A stretch of DNA of 62,845 nt, the filler included, from Choristocarpus tenellus KU-1152 (taxonomy: Eukaryota > Protista > Phaeophyceae): NCBI GenBank assembly GCA_964200185.2. It is 11 parts of 11 records of this genome, joined end to end, with 100 filler letters (N's around TTAATTAATTAA, not from the genome) between each part and the next. Parts side by side here need not be neighbours in the genome. Positions count along the whole stretch, not along the records: positions 35,683 to 41,092 come from CAXNAD020010874.1; positions 41,193 to 56,775 come from CAXNAD020000968.1; 9 more parts are not named here. The stretch is one strand, 5' to 3'. Position 1 is the stretch's first letter. Each line of letters opens with the position of its first letter. The notes beneath the pieces were generated by a model that was given only the letters and a program-made list of their open reading frames with translations, had not been told where the DNA came from and ran no database searches. Shown in pieces: positions 39,521 to 50,454 of the stretch. A program made the translations under genes and the position numbers.

Positions 39521-40850
39521 ATGGCAGCCTCCAGGCGATTTGATGGGATCATTGGATCAAGGGCCCTTCTCCGCAAGTAAGCAGCCAAACATCAAACCGT
39601 CTGAGTAACCACATGTCCCTCGCTTAGATGACATGACCAATGGTGGTACATCACCACAGCCGAAGTGAGTACAATTTATCTTCTACTCTGTACAATCCTC
39701 TCAGGCCAATGCCAGTGGTCCTTGAAGAGGTCACGCAGGACAAACTGGAGAGGCACCTCACTCTCTTCGACCTGGTGGTGATTGGTGTAGGTGAGAGTGT
39801 TCGCCCTTTCCCTTACCCTTCCAAGATATACCATTTTGATTGCAAATGCGTTGCCCACTATAATTTTCCATGTCTCAGTGTAAAACTGGGATTGCTGTTG
39901 CGACACTCCTCATCTCAGGCTACTTCTCTCGCACTGCCACTAACAACGGCAATTTCGATAGAGGGTTGGGTCACCTGTCGCTATGTGACCGTAAAGTGTA
40001 CTTGTCACACTACATTCTTGACAAAAGATTGACACGGGAAAAATTGAACATCGTCACCGTAGCACCGTCACCACGTCTAACATTTGTACTCCTGCCAACT
40101 TCCTTGTACCTCTCATTTGCACACCTTCAACCAGCTGGTACAATCGGGAGTGGAATGTTCGCTCTCGTCGGCCTGGTGAGTTTCCCTTTCCGTTTTGTTT
40201 GCCCCTATTCCTCTAATCTCATGCAGACCAGTTCCGAATATCGTCCACTTTGAAGTGTGTAACATGCTACTTCATGTGGATTTGTGTACAACATTTTTAG
40301 GTAGTTGATGTAGGGGACCCCAGCATTCTGGGGAAGGTGATGATTTTCACTAATGGACAATTAGGAGCGGGAAATATGGTTGTGATCTTGAGAGCACCAC
40401 CTTTGATTATGATAGTTCTGTTTTGTCGATGATTTTTGTCATGGAGTTGAGTATCAAACTAGCCCAGGAATGAATTAGGAAGCGTGTATTTTGGTATCCT
40501 TTCTACAACCCCTCTCTTCGTCATGCCAGGTTCTCTCTCTCTCTCCCAGGTTGCTGTTGTTCACTTAGTTACTGCTTGATATTTTCTTCCTGCTTGTACC
40601 CCCAATGTCGTTTTCACCAACAACATGCCTGACTTCTCTCCCTATAATGCTCCGAAAGATTGCTAGCAGCTATGCGGGGCCAGCAGGGGTGATCAGCTGG
40701 ACCCTTGCTGGACTTGGTTGCATGCTTAGTGGTCTGTCTTACGCGGAGCTGTCATCCATGATCCCCTCTGAAGGTGGGGCCTATGCATACGCCTATGTGG
40801 CTCTTGGAGAACTCCCTGCCATGCTCACCGGGTGGTTATTGACTCTAGAG
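39521..40850 (+). CDS. Cationic amino-acid transporter (APC/CAT family), 5' part. Exons about 39521-39576, 39705-39790, 40135-40175, 40659-40850
   Basis: LERHLTLFDLVVIGVAGTIGSGMFALVGLIASSYAGPAGVISWTLAGLGCMLSGLSYAELSSMIPSEGGAYAYAYVALGELPAMLTGWLLTLE. Confidence 0.93.
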
Positions 40851-41026
40851 GTAGGGAACAGCAAAAATACATGCCCCCCCTCCCCATACCCCTCATTTGT
40901 TGTCATAGCACTTCCTGAAGTACATCGAGTTTCAATCACCTTCCTAATTGCTCTGTTTTTTCGTTTCTTCTTGCATCTATTGCCATGGATGTCTCACTCA
41001 CTGTTCATGCCCTAATTGTCACCTTC

Positions 41027-41057
<31 letters not shown>

Positions 41058-41092
41058 TTCCCCCCCCCCCGCCTTTTTCTCCCCTTTTTTTT

Positions 41093-41192
41093 NNNNNNNN
41101 NNNNNNNNNNNNNNNNNNNNNNNNNNNNNNNNNNNNTTAATTAATTAANNNNNNNNNNNNNNNNNNNNNNNNNNNNNNNNNNNNNNNNNNNN
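41093..41192. other. Artificial contig spacer
   Basis: N44-TTAATTAATTAA-N44. Confidence 0.97.
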
Positions 41193-41994
41193 CCTTTTGG
41201 GGTTCCCCACGCACGTATACTGCTTGCGCTGGTTAAAGCGCGGGAAGAAATACTCGCGCTACTCGCCTGTAACATGCCCCCCAGCGTGAACTAGGTATAC
41301 ATGTTTCACCCTTACCACAGGCGGTTGTGACCGGTTAAGACAATAGATATTACCTGCCACCTCAGATCACACTGTAGCAACATTAATTAGTTGCCATCAC
41401 ACAAAAGAGGGGCTCCAGTTCCAACTTGTCAGTTGTTTCCAACCCAGGGACCTCGGTTCCAAATTCCAGATAGTTCAAACCAATTATTTGACATATCTCC
41501 CAGTTTCTTTTTTGAGATTATTTCCTCAAGAGTCTTAAGACACAGTCAAAATCAATAAATGTCGGAGCTAATCAGAGTATATATTTTTATTAAAAATATA
41601 TAACTTCAACTAGGTCCATAATTGATCAACACATATCCATGTTTTTCTTGGGATAATTTATCCTAAGAAGCACAGAATATCTTTGCATCTCGGCTAGTCT
41701 GAGTATATACTTGCTCTTTTTAAAACATCTTCAAAAATTGCAAAGTATAGACCTCTGACATGACCTATAATGAATGGGACCCCAGTTCCGATCACCTTGA
41801 TCATTAATGATCCATCTCCACAATTCTATTGAAAAGAGTCCATCCACAAGGTCATAGGATACACTCTTATTCACATTGTGTCTGCCTAAACTAAATATGC
41901 CTGTTCTCTTGGCTCAGACTTCAGGATAACAAAAATGGAGAAAATAAGAGAATCTAAAAAATAAAACAAAAGAAGAATGTTATCCTATATAACA

Positions 41995-42254
41995 GAGTGA
42001 AAGTATCTTAAAGGGTACGAGTTTGCCCTGTTTGTCCATTTGAGGCTTGGCCTCCCTTGGGGTTTTTACGACATTTTCCTACTACTCCATAATATTTCGG
42101 AGTAGGTAAAATGTAAACGATATGAAAAGGTGGGCCCGGAACAAGGATATTGACACTTTCTAACAAACACGATAGCCAAAATTACATCAGAATCGCAACA
42201 TCGGATTTTGGCCCCCAAATGGATACAGCTCTACCCTCTAAGATACTTTGGCTC
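41995..42254. mobile_element. MITE family A, full length, no recognisable TSD
   Basis: aaca|GAGTGAAAGTATCTTAAAGGGTA...TACCCTCTAAGATACTTTGGCTC|gtct. Confidence 0.94.
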
Positions 42255-43471
42255 GTCTATTTGAACATGACATTGTGAAACTAAAATTTGCTTCTCCAGA
42301 GAACAGGAGCAACATACCACACCACACCTATCAATCAATATAACTGTCTGATATATCTGTCTGCATCGCTGGTCTCAAGCACAAGCGCTCAAGAAGTCGA
42401 TTCGCCTTCTCCAGAAATGTGAAGACCCAATTCAATTCCCTCTCTCTAGAAAATATGGCAAGAACTTAACAAAGGGAGGTGGGGGAAGGACCACTCCTCC
42501 ACCGCCATCGCCACCACCACCCTTTGTCACTTTCTCGTCTTCCGATTCACCTACTTCTCATCAACCTTGCTAGCAGTGCTTCTAGAACAGACAAAGTCCA
42601 GTAGCTCATCCCATATGTCCTGTGATAAGGCCTCAACTACATTCTCCAGCTCTTCTAGATGTAGTAATTCCTGAGGTCTTGTGATGCTGTTGTTGTTGGT
42701 TGAAAGATCACCAGGCTTGACCTGGAGGTTGTCCGATGTTTCTGCCATACCAGACTCATGGTCTCCCTCGCCTTGGCATCAACACCCAGTGACTCCTTGG
42801 CAAAAGTTCTGCCTTAGCGTTGAGACCAAGTGACGTAATAATGATGACTTAAGACGCCACCAAACATGCTCTCCTGGTCTCCTTCACGAAACCCATCACC
42901 ATGTTATCAACCTGATCCCACCAAGAGGAACACAGAAGCGGTCAGTGATTAGTTTGTTCAAATCGTGATGTATATATCAAAATAGAGCATAGTAGTAGCA
43001 GTTGGACAGCATACTATAGTCAAGCAGATAGTATTTCGGAGTACCACAACACACTCACACACAGTACAGCAATAAAGCTTACCTGTGGGTGCCGCAACAA
43101 TTGCACGTGTGCTGGTAGAACTTGCCTTTTCAAAGTTCGGCCCCCACCCAACTGCTTGTACGCTCCGATTAAGGTACCAAGTTATAAAATATATTGTTAT
43201 AGAGTTGCAGTCCGTCTTTGATTTAAAGAAAATCAAACCACACCATATCACTCTCAAGGAGATTCTGTGTTTGAGAGAGTAATGACAGGGTTCCATTTTA
43301 CACTAGCATAAATATTTCTGTTGGTGAGGATATATGGGCATATAACTACTGCCTTTGTACAGTTAGCCTATAACGCAGGTTTCTGTGCGAAGTTGCATAA
43401 AATCCTGTTTTTCCTTCTATCCGGGAGACAACCTCGTTTACTCGAGAAATATTTCTCCTTGATTCGTCTAA

Positions 43472-43525
43472 GACACATAGTATTTAGAGGGGGGGGGGGT
43501 TATTCCAGGTTGTCCATTCGGGACT
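43472..43525. mobile_element. Solitary degenerate family-B-like long-spacer end
   Basis: GACACATAGTATTT-AGAG(G)n TTATTCCAGGTT-GTCCATTCGG. Confidence 0.55.
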
Positions 43526-44569
43526 TGATGGGGTTTTGAAAGATACCCTAGTTTTATGCCCATTTTGCTGGCGGTTTTCGTTCGGATTAGTCCGGACAGG
43601 TGGGTGAAAATTAAACGTGCGCTTAGACGAGGGAAGTTGCCCTTACATCTGATATGTTCACCCAGATGACATGAAAATCACTAGAGGTTCAACTCAGGCC
43701 CATCTAGGATACTATGGGCCTAATACTATCCAGGCGTTACTACTGAAGAATTGACTCAGCAAGCCAAGATATTTTACAGCTTGCGTTTAATTTGGCATGC
43801 TGGAACCTCCATGAAACGTTGAGAACCAGGAATATGCCGACCAGTATATCGTATTCCCCGTTTCCGTACCTAGGCATAAAGTTTTTCTCCATTGTCCACT
43901 TGAGAGTACTGATGATTCAAATACAAACTTACTTCACCCTTGGAGGAATCGCTATAAATACAATCCAAAGTATTACCTGCGCCGTGTTATCTAGAAAACT
44001 GCATCCATTCTTCTTTCATATGGGTAGAATAAAACGTTACTACCCAGAAGTCCAATCTTCGCACCAGACTTGGATTAATTGAATCACTTGTTTTTTTTAT
44101 ATCGTTAACATTGCCAGGCGTAGACCATCAAGTCTTGCCACAGAACATTCCAAAGCTTACCTCCATGGGATGTATGGCTCCAATCCACAAGCCTATAGAT
44201 GGCGCTGATGCACATACAGGACTCCTGATGCACCAGTTATCAAGTATGCTGGATCTCTCACTTCGATTATTCCCTTCTTAAGTATCAATGATCATATATC
44301 AAAGGCACTGGTAGCGATGTCTTATCTCAATCGAGGACCATAATTACCAAATAATAGTCAATAGTCAAGAAGTATGTAAAATCTAAGTCTTTAAGGTCAT
44401 AATGGCGCTTATGAAACCGCGATCAAGAAATATCACCCGTAACAGTCTCTCAACCCGTTATTGTCCAGTACAGTACTGATGTTATTGTTGGACTTAGACC
44501 TGGTCCTGGCCAACGTTCATCCAAAAAAATTATCAATGGCCTTTGATCGTGGAACCTCTTATGTGGTCC

Positions 44570-44950
44570 AGCAAGTGGGCAAACATCTGCAGACAATGGA
44601 TGTCACTTGCACCTTGGAGAGTGACAGCCCTCCCTTCACCACCAATAAGTGCAATTTCCGACGAATGTGGTTTTCCACGTAGGAACTTTTTCCAGTTCAG
44701 CTACTGCCCTCTACAGGGAAGAGGAATTAGTAATATATATGGCCTTCGCTGAAGTACAAGCGGACTGCCATCTCCATACCTCACCAACCAACAATGAAGT
44801 CGCTACTGTTGCAGCAAAGACCCGTAAGCGCAGCTACTGCAAGGGATATTTTGGCCCTCGTAGTTTTAACCACAACACCTTCATAGCGGAAAGCTTCGGT
44901 CCCCTTGGCACATCAGCAGGGCTAACTCTGGGATATGCTAGCGACACATG
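44570..44950 (+). mobile_element. Old RLE-type LINE 3' remnant, same family as 12365 and 45640
   Basis: Shares ...GGAACTT..., TTT(G/A)(G/A)CCCTCGTAGTTTTAA....ACACCTT...G.GGAAAG.TT with the other copies. Confidence 0.55.
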
Positions 44951-45639
44951 TTGTAGAGGATTGGGGGGTGGAGGGTTTAGCAGAAAGGGAGCTGTAAAAT
45001 CATGGTTGATTGTAGATTTGAGATTGATGTGCGGAATTAATAGGAGAGGCTTCACAAATTCATAGGATTCTTCCCACAATTCTCGCCCACCTTCACAGAG
45101 TCAGTTATTGGAGTGTTACTTTTAGTTGTTTTCTGGTCCTTTGATTTGCATACAAATTGATGTATCTGATGCACCAGAGTAGTAGCCCTCTTTATTGATA
45201 TGTTGTATTCTTGAGACGATTCCTCTTCTCCAATCTTCAATGTGCTGTAGTATTTTGTTTTGTTGCCTCCTCCCCTTAATATTTCTTGTTTTCCTTCGTT
45301 ATGAGCAAAACGTATCTAACTTTTTTTTTAATATGCACTTTGAAATTTTCCAGATGTGTCACAAGAAAAAACAATGAAAAGTCAATTCAATATCGTCAGA
45401 ACTCCTGAAAAGTAACAGTTGTCTTAAGTGTATAGGACATTCTCTATCTATTTTCTATTTCACTACCAGCTATGCTACACCACTCGCCTCCTATGCCTCC
45501 AACCTAGCTTAGCCCTATACCCCAGAGGGAGGAGCTAGGGAAGCATCCCAATAATTTGACAGGCCCCTCCTTGCCCATCTCCCTGGTGTCTCCAGCTTAA
45601 AACGCATGACACGTCTCAAGAGCCGCTCGTGTTGTGACA

Positions 45640-46700
45640 GACACTATCTGTAAAACGGGATTTGACAGCAGCTCCTTTCCTGCTGTAGCCTTCTGTCCCT
45701 CTCCCCCCTACCTCGTGCGTAGCCAAGTCATCCAGTAAACTTTCTGCTTGCGTACCGAGGCGCCCAAACCTTTTCACCTCGAAGGTGTTGAGGTTAAAAC
45801 TACGAGGTTATTTTTTACCCTCGTAGTGGGTGCGCTTTCGCGGCTCAACTTCTGCAGCAGCGACACCTTTGCTGCTGGATGAGTGTGGCATATGGAAGGC
45901 TGCTTTCACTTCTGTAAATGTGGCATCCAGGTCTTTATCCAGGTCGGGGGCTCATCCGGCATCCTCAAGTGCCCTACCATGGAAGATCAGATCCATGCGG
46001 AAGTTCCGGTCCATTATGAATGAGCTACCATCCTTCATAGTGCAAGGGATTCCCATTCCTTTCCAGAGTTGACCTAGACGCTTCACCATTGGTGTTGGTT
46101 GGCGGACCTGTCCCCCTACCCTAGGGTAGGTACGAGCATGTCTAGTATCCACTTTGTGCCTCCTGCACCCAGTCACTGGGCAACTGTTGGATAGGGCCTC
46201 CGCCCTCTCTAGAGATCTGCTGGTGGTGAGTATAAACTCTATGGGAAGGATCTAGCATGCTGGTTCCAGGGGTTGTGTAGAGGCCCATACAATTGCCCCT
46301 TGCCCATACTGGCTATAGTTGAGGCTCTGTAAAAGAGCGGAGGTTACCTTATTGTCTGCACTGGTTCGCATCATTGACCTGCACTTGAGATCACGACTTC
46401 AGGATCTCCCTCTGCAACCTTGATGCTGCATAAATGAATACAGGTGGCCTTGCAGGTCGCATCAATGGGGTGTACTCAACTACATGGTTTCACGGCCTCT
46501 CTTTACGACCTTGAGCTCATGCAAGAGTGTGGGCTGACTTACTGTGTCCACCGGGTTGCACCAAGGGCCTGTGCCCCAGATCATGGCTTCAGAGCCTCCC
46601 TCTAATGAGGAGAAGGTCTCGAGATTATGCATTGTGGTGCTGGCAGCATTACTGTTGTGTGTTCCATGTGTCTCAAATTTCTGTAGAGTAGGTTCCACCT
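45640..46700 (-). mobile_element. Degenerate RLE-type (CRE-like) non-LTR retrotransposon 3' part
   Basis: CPVTGCRRHKVDTRHARTYPRVGGQVRQ...MKDGSSFIMDRNFRMDLIF...DATFTE...AAAEVEPRKRTHYEG...PRSFNLNTFEVKRFGRLG: zinc knuckle plus PD-(D/E)xK-like layout. Confidence 0.65.
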
Positions 46701-49526
46701 TTTGGCATACTCACTCTTATCGTCTGTTGGTGGTGCTCTCGCTGTTTCTTTTGCATTCTCTTGTGTTGCAATAATCTTTTTCAGGTACAAAAGTAGCCAG
46801 CAGCTCGATCAGTTACAACTCATTCGCAGGTGACTAAGGAAACACGAGGAGTGCTTTGTCTGTGGCGACCCACAGGTACCCCTGCCAAGAAGGTGTGGCA
46901 CAAGGAGAAAGAATAGAGACTGGATATCGGGCTGAGTAGCTTGAAAGAGATAAAAGGAGAGTGGGATATGACAGATGTTTCTGATATTTGGAAGCAGCAA
47001 AGAAGAGCACACTGGAGATGACAATAGGGGGGGAGATTGTTGTATATGGATGAGTGGGGAAACAACGCCCAAATATATTTGGATTATAAAAACAGTGTTA
47101 CTACGACAGTACCCTATTTCTATACGACTGAGACACTAGGATACTATGGGCCTTCAAGGGGGAGAGTCTTTCTATGGCAATACCCTGTTTTGACACGAGT
47201 GTGAGACTCTGGTGTGGGAGGTTTTCTCTTGAATGTTGAGCCAAATATAGCACGAGTGCTATTAGGCATGAGTGTTTAATTAGCATTTCAATCATCAGAG
47301 CAGACGTTAGTTTTTTAAAATCAGGTTTCCTCCATCACAAAATCCCCAAAGGCTGCCTAATGATATTTTAGGACCTGCAAATGACATTAAATTTAATTTC
47401 TGCTATATTCATGATAGGATCAAGAGTCACATTGTATTTCCTTGTCCAATCGACTATGCATTGCATTGAAACGACCATGCTTCATGCTGGGGAGGCGTCT
47501 CACAGGCGATGGGTCTTAATGGCGGACTCATAATCGACGTTGTGACCTTGAAGTCCTAGATTTTTTATGTTGTACTCCTTTACAATTTTTTAATACTTAG
47601 TCATTGTGATGACGTAATTAGAGCATGCATGTTTGTTCGGTCCTTTTTATACATCTCAATCAAAGCAATAAAGTGAATAATCAAGTAGTTGAGAGATCCA
47701 CGATATTTGAATATGTTTCCTTTATGGCACCCTCTAAGAGTCTCGTCTTCAGTCCACAGGCTTGTGGATTGGTGCTACATACCCCAGAATGGTAAGCTCG
47801 CGGACCGCTTTGTAACAGTTGTTCTTTGGGCGAATCAACAAGGGGAGTTCCTTCCCTCTTCGTTGGGGTTCAAGGTCCTTGACAGGCTGGGCACGAATGA
47901 GTCCCCTTCTAATCCTCCACATACATGCCAAAGGCATCTTGTTACCATTTTGTTTTCACCATTGTAATTTCAGGTTAGGTTCAACCACCTTTTGGGGCTT
48001 GTTGCTCTTCTTCTGTCTTATTTCTCCATCTTTGATTGGCACAGTCCTGTGTACGCACCTCTGGAGGGTCCATACCAGACAACAAACTGGCGCGAGAAGA
48101 GCGTGACTGGGAGGGGAATGATGAGAATAAACGAGGGGGAGGTTACTAATCATCGTTTTTTCTCCTCACTCTAGTCTTGTGAACATCTCGACTTGTGATC
48201 AGAGGCACTGTATTGTACACTCCGTCACTACTTGCCATACAAACTACTACTGCAACTCGTAACTGATTGTTGTGGCACTATCACCATACACTAATTCTAC
48301 GCTTCCGTTCGTGTCTGTTCGCGTCTTGGTTTTTCCGTGTTGATTTTAAGGGTTTGACACATTCCACCACCCACACCTTTTGTTCTATATTAAAACAGGA
48401 GTGAAAGAGAGGACTTGCGGGGTGAAATTAATACTCTCAAAGAACTGTTTGTAGTGCCTGTTTGTGCATATCAACATTATCGAGTCAAATCAACTGAGAG
48501 GGCGGAAGGGTTTCATTTTAAGGATCCTGAGAAAGGGTAAAAATGAGCCATTTTGTACGATTGTAGAAAGAGCCTTTCCTGAATGGTGGTATTATCATTT
48601 TGTGTGTGGAGAGGGGGAAAATGTATTTAGCGTAAACTGTTTTGTGAACGTATAGCTTTGAAATAGACAATATCGCACAGGGTAAGAAAGCTGGCTTAAA
48701 ATGCAAAAGGGTTCAAGCCAGCCTACCTTTAAATTGGTTTGGCTTATTGCAGATTGAGAATTGAACCAGTCAGAACGTAACGCCTTAAATGCTGAGATTC
48801 ACAGCCTTTTTCAGCAAATTGTGTTTTAATTCTTGCACAATAGTCGGCAATGATCCTAACAAGTAGTTCAAGGCACAACACACTGCACTACTTATCGTAC
48901 TAACTACACAAATATTGATACACGAGGACTTATTGTGCTGGCTCCATTACTGCGTTGGTTCTTGCATGTAGGGTTCAATGCTTCCACCACTTGTTGCTTA
49001 GTCTCATCCGTGGAATCTTGACATGCCACGGCCAACTTTTTTCCGTGGTGGTACAGAAAAGATAGGAGAGTAGGGTGTACAATCCTTTGTGTTTGACATA
49101 TATGTGGAATAGCACCACAATGTTGTAAAAACAAATTTGGGGTCGAAGGGGTCCGAACCATGTAGATTGATGTAGGTCGTGGTGTCCTTTATTGCTATCT
49201 AAAGGGCATGGAACATAATCATGTTATTGAAGGAACTCACATATTGGAACCACACTAATCCGATAAATGTAAAAGGAGTTGTCTTCTTAGTATTAATGAT
49301 AACTACTCCACAGTTGTATTTACAGTAAATAGGTCTTGTTGTAACACAGTTTTGTTCTTTCGTGACACGCAAAATGTCATAGAAGACATAATATTAATCC
49401 GGAGATTTCTCCGTTTATGGAGTTGGGAATGAGCACATGCCATAATGGATATTCAACAATCTTAAGAAAAGTCAAAAAACATATAATTTTCCACAATTGG
49501 AGAAAGAACCTTCGCTTAATTAAGGT

Positions 49527-49752
49527 GCAAAAGCAGCGGACGCTCATGACTTTATTGAAGCATTGCCAGAAGGTTACGATATGTTAGTTGGTATTTCTGG
49601 TTCTACATTATCTGGTGGGCAAAGACAGAGATTGTCAATAGCCCGGGCCTTTTTAAAAGATGCGCCAATATTATTGCTTGATGAAGCAACAAGTGCTCTT
49701 GATTCCAACTCAGAGCAATCAATTATTAATTCTATAACAAGTTTAAGAAAAA
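49527..49752 (+). pseudogene. Isolated fragment of an ABCB/MsbA-type ABC transporter nucleotide-binding domain, bacterial-like
   Basis: [64 protein letters not shown] (signature, Walker B, D-loop). No Walker A or other exons in the 15.6-kb contig. Confidence 0.85.
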
Positions 49753-50454
49753 AGCAGTATCTCCACCATTATCAGAGCTAGGTGACCGACCTACTACATA
49801 CACTAGATGGACAACCTCATATATAATGGTCAATATATAACAATGTTTCTATCACCACTGCAAATTGGTTGTCGATTGTCCATTTAACCCGCATTTCACA
49901 ATCTATTCAAATCCAAAAACGAGAGAATTGTGTGAGTGAACAAAATATGACGACCGATGGGGTTCATCGTAGGTACGAATAGGTATGGATTGATGAATGG
50001 AACACCTGTTAGTAAGTTACAAATAATGTATCAGGCGGATTTTGTCTGAAAAATGGGCAAGATAGAGTTCTATTCGAGAAGAACATCTAAGTAGAACAGA
50101 AGAAAACACATCAAACAATATACAACCAATCCAAAAAAGTAGGTATTATTGTTCACAAAATGTATATCTAATAATACTAACGTAGAAAAAAAAGAGAGGA
50201 ACTACAATATTTATATTATATTGATTTATATTCTATATTACGGACACGGAGGAAGTAATTCTATTTTTTTGTGTCTATTGACTCATAGATTGGTTACTTG
50301 CTAAATTCACGCCCTTCCCAACCCTGATGTTCTGTCATATATTGTCGGATCGTATATCACAACATTTGTCAGTCTCCTTCACAACAACCACCACTACCTA
50401 CTCTTCTCTCGAGAACTTGTTTTCAACAGTGGCAAGAGCAGAAGTAGTGAGAAA

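Noticed and set aside
48689-48722. GCTGGCTT...AAGCCAGC hairpin after a short minus-strand ORF end, resembling a bacterial terminator
   Set aside because: 8-bp stem with a 17-nt loop, no clear U-tract and no recognisable protein; compatible with chance
49563-49781. Functional ABC transporter gene
   Set aside because: Only part of the nucleotide-binding domain is present, with no Walker A, membrane domain or partner exons
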